NCBI GenBank assembly: GCA_963727805.1
Contig: CAVSHF010000003.1
Coordinates: 32,001 to 96,000 of the forward strand
From: an uncultured Nitrospiraceae bacterium
Lineage (GTDB): Bacteria; Nitrospirota; Thermodesulfovibrionia; Thermodesulfovibrionales; Dissulfurispiraceae
Reading direction: 5' to 3'
DNA length: 64,000 nt
Numbering within the stretch: position 1 is the stretch's first letter; each line of letters opens with the position of its first letter. Positions 21,548 to 32,394 of the stretch are shown here, in pieces. The notes under the pieces are model-generated. The model was given only the letters and a program-made list of their open reading frames with translations, ran no database searches and was not told where the DNA came from. Position numbers and translations under genes: made by a program.

Positions 21548-24500
21548 ATGTCGCTTAGAAATGTTTATCCAAGGACTGAAAGAGCCCTTTTTTATTTAAG
21601 TCTAATATTGTTTATATTTTCGGTAGCCCCTGCATATGCAATTCTAGGAAGTATTACCGGAAAAGTTACGAATGCAGAAGGTTTAGGATTAGGGGGTGTT
21701 TATGTTTCTGAATATGAGAGTGGAAATTTTCAAGGAACTGTTATCACCGGTCTAGATGGTAGCTACACCTTAAATTCATTGCCTACTGGTAGCTACGCTA
21801 TTTGCTTTACGGCGAGTAATTCTGGCTATTCAGAACAATGTTTTAACAAAAAAAATACTCAGGGTAGTGCTGACCTTGTCTCTGTTATTGCTCCAAACAC
21901 TACAGCGGGAAATGATGCTGTTTTAACACCAGGTGGCAACATTTCTGGTACCGTCGTTAATTCAGCGGGTGCAGGACTTGCCGCCCTTGTGAGCGTATTC
22001 GACACTAATGACAATTGGGTCACTGCAGTCTTTGCAGGTCAGGACGGCAACTATACTATATCTAATTTGCTAACTGGGAATTACAAGGTACAGTTCTCTG
22101 TGTCTACTGTAACAGGATATTTAAGTCAGTGGTATAACAATAAACAAAATAAAGCCGATGCTGATTTTGTGTCAGTGACGCCATCCAACACTACAACGAT
22201 AAATGTTGTTTTTGATTACAGAGGAGTTATCTCCGGAACTGTGACCAATGCGTACGGCATCGGTTTAGCTAACGTTTATGTTACAGCATATCAGGGTAAT
22301 ACAGATTTATTTTCTTCTCAATCATATACATTACAAGACGGCAGTTACTCATTAACTGGATTGATAACTGGCACCTATACTATCGAGCTATATGAAGCAG
22401 GATATATAACACAATGGTATAGCAACAAGAGCGATCAGAATAGTGCCGATATGGTTGCCGTCACAGCCCCAAATACAACATTAGTCAATGCGGTTCTGGT
22501 TCACCTTGGAAGTATTTCTGGGAGAATCACAAATGCTGCTGGAACTGGTATAGCAAATGTAACTGTAGTTGCCAATCTCGGTGGTTCTAATACCAGTTTT
22601 ACTACAATAACTGCGCAGGACGGCAGCTATACTTTAAATAACCTGTTAAATGGCCATTATAGGATTCAATTCAGCCCGCAGAGTGAATCTGGCTATGTAT
22701 CGCAGTGGTACAACAATAAAAGCGACCCAAATGGAGCAGATCAGATATCTGTTACTGCACCTGATACGATAACCGGAATAGACGCTGTATTGATGCCGGG
22801 CGCAATCATCTCAGGCCAAGTGACAAATGCAGGTGGAACTGGGATATCGAATGTCTGGGTATATTTGTGGGACAGCAGCGGTAATTCTACTGGGTTAGGT
22901 GTCGGGACTGGCCAAGACGGTAGTTACACAATAACAGGAGTACCTACCGGTAATTATAAAATCCAATTTGTCCCGCAATATGGTTCTGGCTATTTGAATC
23001 AATGGTACAACAGAAAAGGAGATTTTAATAGTGCGGACTTGGTTTCAATAATGGCCCCTAATACGACAACAGTAGACGCAGTGCTTTCTGCTGGCGGTAC
23101 TATATCAGGCATTGTTTCCAATGCTGCAGGGAATGGAATTCCCTATGTTTTTATAGACGCATATGACAGTAACGGTAATTATTATGGAGGATACGGTACT
23201 GATTCTGCAGGCAGATACGCCATACCTCATTTACCTACCGGAAGTTACAAGGTTTATTTTAACCCATTGGCTCCCACAACAGGATATTCAAGTCAATGGT
23301 ATAACAATAAGGCAGATCAACTCAGCGCCGATGTTATTAGTGTTACGGACCCTAATACTACTACTCTAAACATTATTCTGAGACCTTATCGATGGGATCT
23401 GGGGTCCTTTGATGGATCGCAGTATTCAGCTGCTTATGGAACATCAGCAGACGGCGCTGTCGTTGTCGGCGGGTTTGGATTTCAGCCCAACGCCGACTAC
23501 TTTTATTCATTTCGATGGACTCAGTCTGAGGGGATGGTTAACCTAGATCATTATCAGCATCAGTGGTATTCTGTGGCTGATGGCGTATCGGCAGACGGGA
23601 CCGTTATTGTAGGCATACTCACACGCGTCAATGGTTATCTTACGCGTGCCTTTCGATGGACTCAGGCTGAGGGGATGGTTGACATAGGTACAGCGCCGGG
23701 CGGGGCCAATGCGGCAGCTTATGGAGTTTCTGCAGACGGAACTGTCATAGTCGGCACGGCGGACAATGCTGCTGGCAATTGGCGTGCATTCCGATGGACT
23801 CAGGCAGGTGGCGTGACCGATCTTGGAGCATTGCCGGGCGGAGCCAATGGGATAGGTTTGGGAGTCTCTGCAGACGGAACTGTCATAGTCGGCGTGGCGG
23901 ACGATAGTGCTGGCAATTTGCGTGCGTTCAGATGGACTCAGGCTGGTGGCATGGCCGATCTTGGAACATTGCCGGGCGGGGCAAATGCTGCAGCTTACGG
24001 TGTTTCTGCAGACGGATCTGTCATAGTCGGCGCGGCCGACGATAGTGCTGGCAACACGCGTGCATTCCGATGGACTCAGACCTATGGCATGGTTGACATA
24101 GGAACGATAGCAGGTGGAGGCAATGCAGCAGCTTATGGAGTTTCTGCAGACGGAACCGTCATAGTGGGCTCGACCGAAGATAGTGCCGGCAATGCAGTGG
24201 CCTTTTATTGGACTAATGCAATAGGTATGAAAACTATCGGTCAGTGGCTAGCTGACATTGGAATGGCAACTTCGACAGGAGAGTTTTCTGACGCCTACGC
24301 AATTTCTGCTGATGGCAAAACAATTGTTGGACAACTATCTAATGGACAGGCATTTCGTGTATCCATAAATAGTCTTAGCGCATACCATGCTACCGTTGCG
24401 CCAACAGGGGGCGGTAAAAGCGTGAATCTTTCCGCTGCCAATGAATCTTGGACAGCAGTGAGCAATGTTCCATGGATAACCGTTACCTCTGGTAGCAGCG

Positions 24501-25453
24501 GCACCGGTAACGGAACAGTACAGTATTCAGTCGCTTCCAATGCAGGTGGAGTGCGGACCGGCACGATAACGATAGCGGGTCAGACATTGACAGTGATGCA
24601 GGGGACAACCTTAACACATGCACAGATAGGGGTATTTCGCTCAGGGGCTTGGTATGTGGACCGCGATGAAACGTTTGGATGGAGCGGATGTGGTCCGGAC
24701 GGATGTTACGCATATGGCATGGCGGGAGACCATGCTGTGACGGGAGACTGGGATGGAGTTGGCATCGTACGGCTGGGTGCTTTCAGAAATGGGATGTGGT
24801 ATTTGGACTATAACGGAGACGGGCAGTGGAGTGGCTGCGGAACGACAGCAGATACGGATCGCTGTTACACTTACGGGATGCTAGGTGACATTCCTGTGGT
24901 AGGTGACTGGAATGGTAATGGTGTATCCAAGATAGGAGTGTTCAGAAACGGGATGTGGTATCTTGACTACTCTGGGACATACGCTGCGACTGGCACATGG
25001 GCTGGCTGTGGTGCGCCAACGGATCCGACGAAAGCTGCCTGCATAGCTTTTGGAACGGCAGGCGACATCCCGGTAGCAGGCAACTGGAACGGCAGTGCCG
25101 ATGGTGAATCCAAGATAGGAGTGTTCAGAAACGGGATGTGGTATCTTGACTACTCTGGGACGTACGCTTTGACTGGCACATGGGCTGGCTGTGGTGCGCC
25201 AGCGGATCCGACGAAAGCTGCCTGCATAGCTTTTGGAACGGTCGGTGACATCCCGGTAGTTGGTGACTGGAACGGCAGTGCCGATGGTGAATCCAAGATA
25301 GGAGTGTTCAGAAACGGGACGTGGTATCTAGACTATCCCGGGACGTACTCTGCAACGAGCACGTGGCTTGGGTGTGGAGCGCCTGCGGATGGAAGCAAGG
25401 ATGCGTGTGTGCCCTTTGGGATGAGTGGCGACCTGCCAGTAGTTTTGCGATAA
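21548..25453 (+). CDS. Secreted surface protein: about 6 carboxypeptidase-regulatory-like Ig repeats, HAF repeats, BACON, GDWNG repeats
   Basis: Signal peptide; repeated ISGxVTNAxGxG...QDGSY...QWYNNK units; AYGVSADGTVIVG...AFRWTQ HAF repeats; BACON; same C-terminal repeat domain as the upstream gene. Confidence 0.88.
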   Translation: MSLRNVYPRTERALFYLSLILFIFSVAPAYAILGSITGKVTNAEGLGLGGVYVSEYESGNFQGTVITGLDGSYTLNSLPTGSYAICFTASNSGYSEQCFNKKNTQGSADLVSVIAPNTTAGNDAVLTPGGNISGTVVNSAGAGLAALVSVFDTNDNWVTAVFAGQDGNYTISNLLTGNYKVQFSVSTVTGYLSQWYNNKQNKADADFVSVTPSNTTTINVVFDYRGVISGTVTNAYGIGLANVYVTAYQGNTDLFSSQSYTLQDGSYSLTGLITGTYTIELYEAGYITQWYSNKSDQNSADMVAVTAPNTTLVNAVLVHLGSISGRITNAAGTGIANVTVVANLGGSNTSFTTITAQDGSYTLNNLLNGHYRIQFSPQSESGYVSQWYNNKSDPNGADQISVTAPDTITGIDAVLMPGAIISGQVTNAGGTGISNVWVYLWDSSGNSTGLGVGTGQDGSYTITGVPTGNYKIQFVPQYGSGYLNQWYNRKGDFNSADLVSIMAPNTTTVDAVLSAGGTISGIVSNAAGNGIPYVFIDAYDSNGNYYGGYGTDSAGRYAIPHLPTGSYKVYFNPLAPTTGYSSQWYNNKADQLSADVISVTDPNTTTLNIILRPYRWDLGSFDGSQYSAAYGTSADGAVVVGGFGFQPNADYFYSFRWTQSEGMVNLDHYQHQWYSVADGVSADGTVIVGILTRVNGYLTRAFRWTQAEGMVDIGTAPGGANAAAYGVSADGTVIVGTADNAAGNWRAFRWTQAGGVTDLGALPGGANGIGLGVSADGTVIVGVADDSAGNLRAFRWTQAGGMADLGTLPGGANAAAYGVSADGSVIVGAADDSAGNTRAFRWTQTYGMVDIGTIAGGGNAAAYGVSADGTVIVGSTEDSAGNAVAFYWTNAIGMKTIGQWLADIGMATSTGEFSDAYAISADGKTIVGQLSNGQAFRVSINSLSAYHATVAPTGGGKSVNLSAANESWTAVSNVPWITVTSGSSGTGNGTVQYSVASNAGGVRTGTITIAGQTLTVMQGTTLTHAQIGVFRSGAWYVDRDETFGWSGCGPDGCYAYGMAGDHAVTGDWDGVGIVRLGAFRNGMWYLDYNGDGQWSGCGTTADTDRCYTYGMLGDIPVVGDWNGNGVSKIGVFRNGMWYLDYSGTYAATGTWAGCGAPTDPTKAACIAFGTAGDIPVAGNWNGSADGESKIGVFRNGMWYLDYSGTYALTGTWAGCGAPADPTKAACIAFGTVGDIPVVGDWNGSADGESKIGVFRNGTWYLDYPGTYSATSTWLGCGAPADGSKDACVPFGMSGDLPVVLR
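23654..24205 (+). repeat. 138-bp intragenic tandem repeats (HAF, 46 aa)
   Basis: (C/A)GATGGACTCAG recurs at 23654, 23792, 23930 and 24068. Confidence 0.85.
24926..25345 (+). repeat. 183-bp near-identical intragenic tandem repeat (61 aa)
   Basis: TCCAAGATAGGAGTGTTCAGAAACGGGA recurs at 24926, 25109 and 25292. Confidence 0.9.
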
Positions 25454-25933
25454 AGATGATACGATTGTAAGGTCAGTTAAGAAGACTCTTCTTTAGATTA
25501 GCCGTTTGTGGTACTGTACCTTGGGAGTCATAATATGAAAATATCGACTCCATAGCGGATTAATAAGGTGTATTCAAAAATACTTAATGAATGATATGGT
25601 GTAATTGCGGCTTTAAGTCCGTATTCCGGAAATATTATGAACGCAACCGGTCAAGACTTTAAACAGCTATATTATTGCAGATTCCGCTTCTCCAAATGAT
25701 GTCTTGTATGCGAACCGAACGACCGGAGTGAGTCGTCTGTAGTGAAATCTTTTGTGGTATAGAGAATCAGCCACTGAAGCTTTCCGGTCGTAACAACGCC
25801 CTCTGACTGATTGGCTGTACTCGCGACTTCTGTGAGCAGGTAAGCGTGTTTCGATATTTCCGTATGCATGATTAGTAGGCGAAATGAACGATAGTAGATA
25901 ATCGCCCGTTGTGGAGACTTCTTGGAGTTATGA

Positions 25934-26109
25934 GCGGACCTCTGATAATTACCGCTTATATCCTTCGGTGTATTCTGGATACCGTCTAGCGATAATTTCT
26001 GTGAGTTCTTGTTTCAACATCTTTCTTCTTTTAAAGACGAGAAACGCCTTGTTTTACTTCTTTCCCCTCTGATAAGCGTTTTACGATCAGAGCCCCTGAT
26101 TCTAGGAAA
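25934..26109. repeat. 176-bp dispersed direct repeat, copy A
   Basis: About 12 mismatches by eye versus 34978-35153. Confidence 0.9.
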
Positions 26110-26358
26110 CGGTTGAGGTCCTTGTGAGTGTCAACACTCTTGTCAACACATATGGAAGAAATAGGCACCTTTTGCCGAAAATAAGGGTAAATAAGAGACA
26201 TGACAGAAGGTCTTAAATACAATAATACTTAGACCAATCGATTTCCTTAATATAAATTTCTAGTCATTGTTTGAGCGTATACGCTACCTTATCTTTGTCC
26301 ACTGCCCGTCTTTTAGTATTTAACAGTTACGTCCTTAACGGGGGGACAATTATATTCA

Positions 26359-26832
26359 TCATGACGCAGTGCAGGGCGGGACTTTTATTTTCAGACGTTT
26401 TTGCAGTTCCGGGGTGAGCATAGTTTCGGTCACATAAGCCATCTGTGCGAAACCATCCCTCTTTTTTATCAAGAGCCATTCCTTGATCTTCCCTGACATT
26501 TTTGCGAGCACGAAACTGCCTTTCAGTTTTTTACCCTTTAGGACAAATTCAAGCCTGCTCTCAGCAATGCTTCCGCCGGCTGGTTCGTAGTCCCCACTGT
26601 CCCAGATTACCACTGTGCCAGAACCGTATTGTCCTGCCGGAATAATCCCTTCATAGGTACCGTATTCCAACGTATGGTCCTCAACCATGATTGCCAGACG
26701 TTTATCTTTGGGATTCATCGAGGGTCCTTTCGGAATGGCCCATGATTTCAGCACTCCGTCGATCTCCAGCCTGAAATCAAAATGGAGGTGGGTTGCATGA
26801 TGTTCTTGGACTACAAACATAGGCATATGCAT
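26359..26832 (-). CDS. Stand-alone LigD 3'-phosphoesterase (PE) domain protein
   Basis: FVVQEHHATHLHFDFRLEIDGVLKSWAIPKGP, EDH and YGSGTVVIWDSGDY motifs. Confidence 0.93.
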   Translation of the reverse strand: MHMPMFVVQEHHATHLHFDFRLEIDGVLKSWAIPKGPSMNPKDKRLAIMVEDHTLEYGTYEGIIPAGQYGSGTVVIWDSGDYEPAGGSIAESRLEFVLKGKKLKGSFVLAKMSGKIKEWLLIKKRDGFAQMAYVTETMLTPELQKRLKIKVPPCTAS

Positions 26833-26959
26833 AATTCTAATTATAACGATAACGCACGAAGTTAAATGTATACTTGCTAATGGGGATTAAACAATCTGTT
26901 CTATCCTATCGCAATTAATATGCGTTAAAGGCGGAGCAAAACACGGGTAGTTACGATTG

Positions 26960-27143
26960 GTATCGAGCCCGAGTTGACGTCATAGGAACGTCATAAATTT
27001 AGCGGAAAGCATAGGAATTTATGAGAATCCATAGGAAAACTCAAAACACTAAAAAAGGACTTTAAAACAGTCTGTTATATAAAAAAGCCAGGTATTTCAC
27101 GCCTGCTTAAAAACCCTACTACGTCCTCTCAACGCCACGACAC
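26960..27143 (+). other. Integration-site (att) scar copy 1, most degraded
   Basis: GAGTTGACGTCATAGGAACGTCATA...CATAGGAA...CTACGTCCTCTCAA homologous to 48737 and 54977. Confidence 0.75.
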
Positions 27144-27332
27144 TCAGACAAATTGCAATTGTGCCCCTTAATGTTAAAAAATATGTGTTCAGAATAGTGG
27201 GGGGCAAGACGGTAATACTTGATTTTCTGAACATTTAATCGATAACAAATTAAGATACATTATTGCATATGGCAAGAGAGATCAGAGGAAGCTTATTGTA
27301 AATAAACAGGACTTCTGTAATGGGAATAAGGC

Positions 27333-27584
27333 ATGGAATCTAGTAATATTAGAGTGTATGAAGAAGATGCGGACAGATGTTCAATCAAGGAGAGGATTGG
27401 CAAGTGCGTCATACTGCTTCCCCAGGCAAATTTCTGTTTGGATTGTCACTGCCTGCATATTGGTACTCACTGCCCCAACTGTTGCTCTACAAGGGTTGTA
27501 AGGCTAGTTGAGTTATTGCTTGACGTCGGAGACATTTCTGCTGAGTCGCTCAAAAGTTTAATCGATGAGAAAATTAAAGTCTAG
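27333..27584 (+). CDS. Small hypothetical protein with CxxC...CxxC (Zn-ribbon-like)
   Basis: CLDC...HCPNCC. Confidence 0.45.
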   Translation: MESSNIRVYEEDADRCSIKERIGKCVILLPQANFCLDCHCLHIGTHCPNCCSTRVVRLVELLLDVGDISAESLKSLIDEKIKV

Positions 27585-27749
27585 TGCCCATATATACAAT
27601 AGTGGCTATGAAGCATAGAAAGCTGGCATTCACGATTGTGGCGAGCAAGATGCCTGCAACGCCATAACACTTAGATGCTTCATAATCACGGTTGTTCGGT
27701 AGAACCGTAAACAATATGCCCTGGAAGTCTTGTCTAATTCTTGCCAACG

Positions 27750-28004
27750 TTATTTAGCGGAATTGGGGGCCTGCCATTGCAGAAGGGAGCGATGAATGTT
27801 GCCGACAAGTGAGGCATTGCGCACGTTCTCCTTTCTGCGGAGAGCACAACTGAGAGTGGGAAAGAGCTTGCCCACGATCTCCCCTGCCTTATCTCTGTCG
27901 TATGACCTGAAGATTTTCGTAGTTACGATAAAGGTAAAGCGGCTTATCCCTCCTACCCAGAGGGCAAGTATGCTTATATAGACTGAATGAATGAAAGCTG
28001 TCAT
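27750..28004 (-). pseudogene. DUF4149-like membrane protein fragment
   Basis: ALWVGG...IFRSYDRDKAGEIVGKLFP, then similarity is lost. Confidence 0.6.
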
Positions 28005-28036
28005 AATATTATCGCCTCTATTCAATTCTAACGAAG

Positions 28037-28609
28037 ATGATACGCAAAGAAAGAATGAATAAAACCGGCTTACTTCTAATAGATATTCAGCGTGATTTCT
28101 TACAGCCTTCTGGACGGATGTTTGTTGGCAAAAAACAAGCTGACAACGTTATTAAATGTGCTTTGCGCCTGATATCTTTTGCTAAGAGCAATAATGTGCA
28201 GCCTATTTTGATAGTGAATCGGTTTCCAGCCAATGATCGATTCGGAAATTTCTTCCGTCGTCATGCGGCTATTGCCGGAAGTGTGGGTGCTGAAATAGAC
28301 CCAAGGATCGTATCACAGGGCTTCCCTTGTTTTACCAAAGAAACGTCTGATGCATTTTCGAATGCGGAACTTAATGATTTCTTGAGAGGACAGGGAATTA
28401 CTCACCTTATTATTGTCGGTGTCTATGCGGAGGGGTGTGTGCTATCGACAGCAAAGGGCGCCATGAAACGTGGATATGAGGTAACTATTGCCTCAAATGG
28501 TGTTGAATCTAATAAAGAATGGAAGAAGCGATTGGCATTTTGGGATATTCAATGGAGAGGGGCGCATGTTGTTAGCAGTTCGGATATCCAAAGAGACTCC
28601 ACCTCCTAA
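28037..28609 (+). CDS. Cysteine hydrolase (isochorismatase family)
   Basis: LLLIDIQRDF, FTKETSDAFS and GVYAEGCV catalytic D-K-C. Confidence 0.9.
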   Translation: MIRKERMNKTGLLLIDIQRDFLQPSGRMFVGKKQADNVIKCALRLISFAKSNNVQPILIVNRFPANDRFGNFFRRHAAIAGSVGAEIDPRIVSQGFPCFTKETSDAFSNAELNDFLRGQGITHLIIVGVYAEGCVLSTAKGAMKRGYEVTIASNGVESNKEWKKRLAFWDIQWRGAHVVSSSDIQRDSTS

Positions 28610-28779
28610 TCATTAGGGCTGCCGATACTTGGAATTTAGTGATTCCCTGAAGAAATCATCACAAATGTATAGTGCAATTATATTGACTTGGTGGCTACAA
28701 AAGAGGGATATTATACCAAGTCAGTTCGTTACGCTGGCATTGCTCGTCACCATTCAAGCTTACGCGGAGAAAGTTTAAC

Positions 28780-29004
28780 ATGAAAGATCCAAAGTTAAAT
28801 AGAGATTGGCATCACAACCACCAGATGCCTGCTAACGCCACGATGGAACAAAGGCTGGAATGGCACCTTGAACATGTCAAGTGCTGCGGGTGTCGGCCCA
28901 TTCCTGTGAAGGTTGCTGAAGAAATAAAAAAAGGGGAATTGCCACGCATAACGCGCTCAAGAATTTTGCAGCAAGCGGCGGCCGCACACATTAGCTGGGT
29001 GTGA
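28780..29004 (+). CDS. Small His/Cys-rich hypothetical protein (3' end possibly frameshifted)
   Basis: WHHNHQMP...WHLEHVKCCGCRPIP; GGAG RBS; A7G4 run before an aberrant tail. Confidence 0.6.
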   Translation: MKDPKLNRDWHHNHQMPANATMEQRLEWHLEHVKCCGCRPIPVKVAEEIKKGELPRITRSRILQQAAAAHISWV

Positions 29005-29368
29005 GGTTTATTCTACAGTGCATGTATCGAAATAAGCCTCGACTGTCATTACAATGGACTCCTTACAGGTGCGGATTTCTGTGAGGATCTGCTGCAGCGG
29101 CTAACTCCTGAGAGTCAACACTTTGGCCATATTACCAAAAATGTTGGTTGAAATTAATCGATAAACTCAGATTCTTGGGTTTTACTTAAAGTCATCGCCG
29201 CAGAGAAATGGCTCACTATACAAGATTTCAATGATAATCCTCAGTGGGTGTTAGAAGCTCACTTGTCACACTCTGTCCATGAGCCATATTTATCTTTGTA
29301 CATCGAACACCGGGAAGGCTGGATGCCTGGCGCACGCTAAGGTGATAAAAAGTGACATTGTTTTTACA

Positions 29369-30037
29369 TCACCGACTTCTGGAGTTCTTCAAGTTATATG
29401 TGCTAAGAAGAGCCTTTGAGACTCTCGAATCACCAACGAATGCTCGAACCATATCCAATAAAGCTCCATTGACTGAATTTATTATTGCATCCTTGAATTT
29501 GTATTGAGAAATTTCGAAGGCATCACTGATGCTAGTCCGTCCGACATAAATAGTCAGAGGAACGTCTGAAAGTTCAGGATGACTCGTAACTGCTATCTTC
29601 GCTTCCACGGTTCCTGTGTCTGTAAAATAATTCATAGACCGATTAGTAATTTCAAAGTTAATCCAGTATGCGGTCACTGCGCCTTCAATAACTATATCAG
29701 GCCTACCAATATCGGTTCTTATGACCTCATAACCGTCTTCTTCTAGTTGATCAACGATGGCCTGCTCTACTAATTCCGTCACTTCTCTGTCTGTTTTAAT
29801 AATCAGTCCACTTCCTGATCCAATAATATTCTTATTCTCTCTCTCATCCTGAAACTGCTTGATTAGAACTGTCATTTTGCTGAATGCGCGTAATGGACTG
29901 TCCTTTGACGGCGCAGGCAGAGGGACCGGATCCACCTTTATGGTCTGGGTACATCCATTAACCATAAATATGGAGCAAAGCAGTATTAAGATCGTAACCC
30001 TTTGGAACATCATCATTGTTAACACCATCCTTCGCAC
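29369..30037 (-). CDS. Lipoprotein (YajG-like)
   Basis: Lipobox VNGC; FQDER...IIG pattern. Confidence 0.65.
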   Translation of the reverse strand: MRRMVLTMMMFQRVTILILLCSIFMVNGCTQTIKVDPVPLPAPSKDSPLRAFSKMTVLIKQFQDERENKNIIGSGSGLIIKTDREVTELVEQAIVDQLEEDGYEVIRTDIGRPDIVIEGAVTAYWINFEITNRSMNYFTDTGTVEAKIAVTSHPELSDVPLTIYVGRTSISDAFEISQYKFKDAIINSVNGALLDMVRAFVGDSRVSKALLSTYNLKNSRSR

Positions 30038-30263
30038 CCGAGATACACATGCCGCCCTGCGTCAGAAAAACAAAAGCGGAATGACTCGCCGGACGTTTGC
30101 CAACCTCGAGGCTGTCTACTCTATTGATACCAACATACCATGTAAAATGGCCAATTTCAATAACGCATAATTATTCTAGTGAAATCTTAATCAGCACATG
30201 ACCCGCCGAAAAGCAGGGGCATGGGACATCGGATATCTCAAGTGCTATTTCCTTTTTACAGCA

Positions 30264-30517
30264 TTACATATCCTCTGTCAAGACTAAGCCAATATTAGAG
30301 AAAAACTGACCAGAATCTTTGAAACATTCTTTCCGAACTCCACAGTCAATCCATTTTGCAACTATTGTTGACTTCTTGGTGCTATCTAGAAAAGAAGCAT
30401 GAGTATTTCCGCTTAAAAACAAGCGTAACTGATGTCGAAGTTCACATAGCAACTCCTCAGCGAGTACCTGACTCGAATTGAATTTTATGGGTATTTCGGG
30501 GCATTGTGGACAGTGTG
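30264..30517 (-). pseudogene. Small hypothetical gene interrupted by IS21 (5' piece at ~33226-33256)
   Basis: Frame HCPQCPEIPIKF... begins at the IS boundary; ATG GGT AAA ATC CCG CCT TTT ACA CAC lies across the IS. Rejoining the two pieces needs a 2-nt correction in a TG run. Confidence 0.45.
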
Positions 30518-30762
30518 TGCGAATTTCGGACCATGCCGAACACTCATTTCGGAGCAAAGCGAACACCTGTTTCGGTCTGAACGCGAACACTGATATCGGA
30601 GTCATGGCGAACACTTTTGGGTAATCCCGATATAGGTGTTCGCCATGAGACCGAAATAGAAGTGTTCAGACTACCTGACGAAATAAACATAGCCGAAGCT
30701 GGATAAATTCCACACAAATACGCCATTGTCCTTCTTCTACGAACTTTGACGAAGGAGAAGCG

Positions 30763-32301
30763 ATGGCTAATAGGGGTATATCCATGCGGATGGTTAGAGA
30801 AATCTTAAGACTGTATTATGGGCTGCATCTTGGCAAACGACAAATAAGCCGGTCCTGCAAAGTGTCGCCGAGCACAGTAGTAGATTATGTCCAGAAGGCC
30901 CAGGATAAGGGCATTTCATGGCCACTTCCTGAGGACCTTGATGACGCAAAGCTTGAAGCTATGCTCAGTGAACGCAGTAGTCGGAAGACAGCCCTTCGTC
31001 CGCTGCCCCCAATGGAGGAGATTCATCGCGAGCTTCGCAAAAAGGGCGTCACCCTTCAACTGTTGTGGCTCGAATATAAAGAACGGCATCCTGAGGGGTA
31101 TCAGTTTACGCAGTTCTGCGAGCATTATCACCGCTGGGAGAAAAACCTTGAGATAAGTTTACGGCAGGAGCATCGCGCCGGCGAGAAGATGTTCATCGAC
31201 TTTGCCGGCAAAGGGATACCCATCGTCGACTCTTTCACAGGCGAGAGCACCGAAGCTCAGATCTTTGTGGCAGTCCTTGGAGCAAGCAACTATACCTATG
31301 TCGAAGCGCTCCCATCGCAGAGTCTCCCCTTCTGGATCAAGGCTCACATCAATGCTTTTGAATACTTTCACGGTGTGAGCCAAATCCTTGTCCCGGACAA
31401 TATCCGAGCAGCCGTATCGAAGTCCTGCCGATACGAACCCGACCTCAACCCCGTATATCTGAGTCTGGCGCAGCACTACGGTACCGCCATTATCCCTGCA
31501 CGTCCGTATAAACCAAAAGATAAGGCAAAGGTGGAAGCCGGAGTATTGCTGGTCACCCGATGGATCATTGCGGCATTGAGGAATCACACATTCTTCAGTA
31601 TCGAGGAGCTTAATGCCAGCATCAGGGAACTTCTGGAACGCTTGAATACCCGGAAGTTCAGGAAACTAAACAGTACCCGCAGAGAACTCTTTGAGACCCT
31701 TGAGAGGCCGTATCTTAAGCCTTTGCCCGTTGAGCGGTATCGATACATCGACTTCAAGCGGCCAACGGTTAACATCGATTACCACGTCGACGTAGCGGAT
31801 CATTACTACAGCGTTCCTTACCAGCTTCGTGGCAAAAAGTTAGAAGCCTTCCTCACTGTCGATACGGTGGAGATCTTCCACAATAACAATCGCATTGTGA
31901 CTCATCAACGCAGCTTCAAAGCAAGAGGATATACGACCATTGCTGAGCACATGCCGAAAGCGCATCAGAAGCATCTTGAGTGGACTCCATCGAGGATCAT
32001 CCACTGGGCGGAGCAGACCGGCGCTGCCACAGCAAAGCTTGTCGAGACCATCCTGACGACGCGACCGCATCCGGAGCAGGGATTCAAATCCTGCATAGGC
32101 CTGTTGAGACTCGGCAAGAAGTACTCGCCGGAGAGACTGGAAGCAGCCTCTATGCGGGCGGTCCATATCAAGGCTTATTCATACAAGAGCGTCAAGTCGA
32201 TGCTTGAAACCGGATTCGACCGTACTCCGATCACCGAACAAAAGGAGGTGACCCCGCCCTTATATCATGACAATATCCGCGGTAAAGAGTACTTCAGTTG
32301 A
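30763..32301 (+). CDS. istA: IS21 transposase
   Basis: N-terminal HTH; MFIDFAG, VPDN and KDKAKVEAGV DDE motifs; YYSVPY. Confidence 0.96.
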   Translation: MANRGISMRMVREILRLYYGLHLGKRQISRSCKVSPSTVVDYVQKAQDKGISWPLPEDLDDAKLEAMLSERSSRKTALRPLPPMEEIHRELRKKGVTLQLLWLEYKERHPEGYQFTQFCEHYHRWEKNLEISLRQEHRAGEKMFIDFAGKGIPIVDSFTGESTEAQIFVAVLGASNYTYVEALPSQSLPFWIKAHINAFEYFHGVSQILVPDNIRAAVSKSCRYEPDLNPVYLSLAQHYGTAIIPARPYKPKDKAKVEAGVLLVTRWIIAALRNHTFFSIEELNASIRELLERLNTRKFRKLNSTRRELFETLERPYLKPLPVERYRYIDFKRPTVNIDYHVDVADHYYSVPYQLRGKKLEAFLTVDTVEIFHNNNRIVTHQRSFKARGYTTIAEHMPKAHQKHLEWTPSRIIHWAEQTGAATAKLVETILTTRPHPEQGFKSCIGLLRLGKKYSPERLEAASMRAVHIKAYSYKSVKSMLETGFDRTPITEQKEVTPPLYHDNIRGKEYFS

Positions 32302-32394
32302 AAATCGGCTCTATGGGACAGCCAATAATCGACTAAGAGGCATCGACCAAGGGGTAAGTATACCCCACAAACATACTATAAGGAGGAGACAGCG

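Noticed and set aside
23654..25345. Repeats as a DGR template/variable pair
   Set aside because: In-frame tandem protein repeats, differences are not adenine-specific, and no reverse transcriptase is present.
30264..30614. 116-aa ORF from the track
   Set aside because: Chimera of the IS21 left end and the interrupted gene.
30518..30680. Short spaced repeats (CGAACAC) as a CRISPR array
   Set aside because: Too short and irregular; these are IS21 subterminal transposase-binding repeats; no cas genes.
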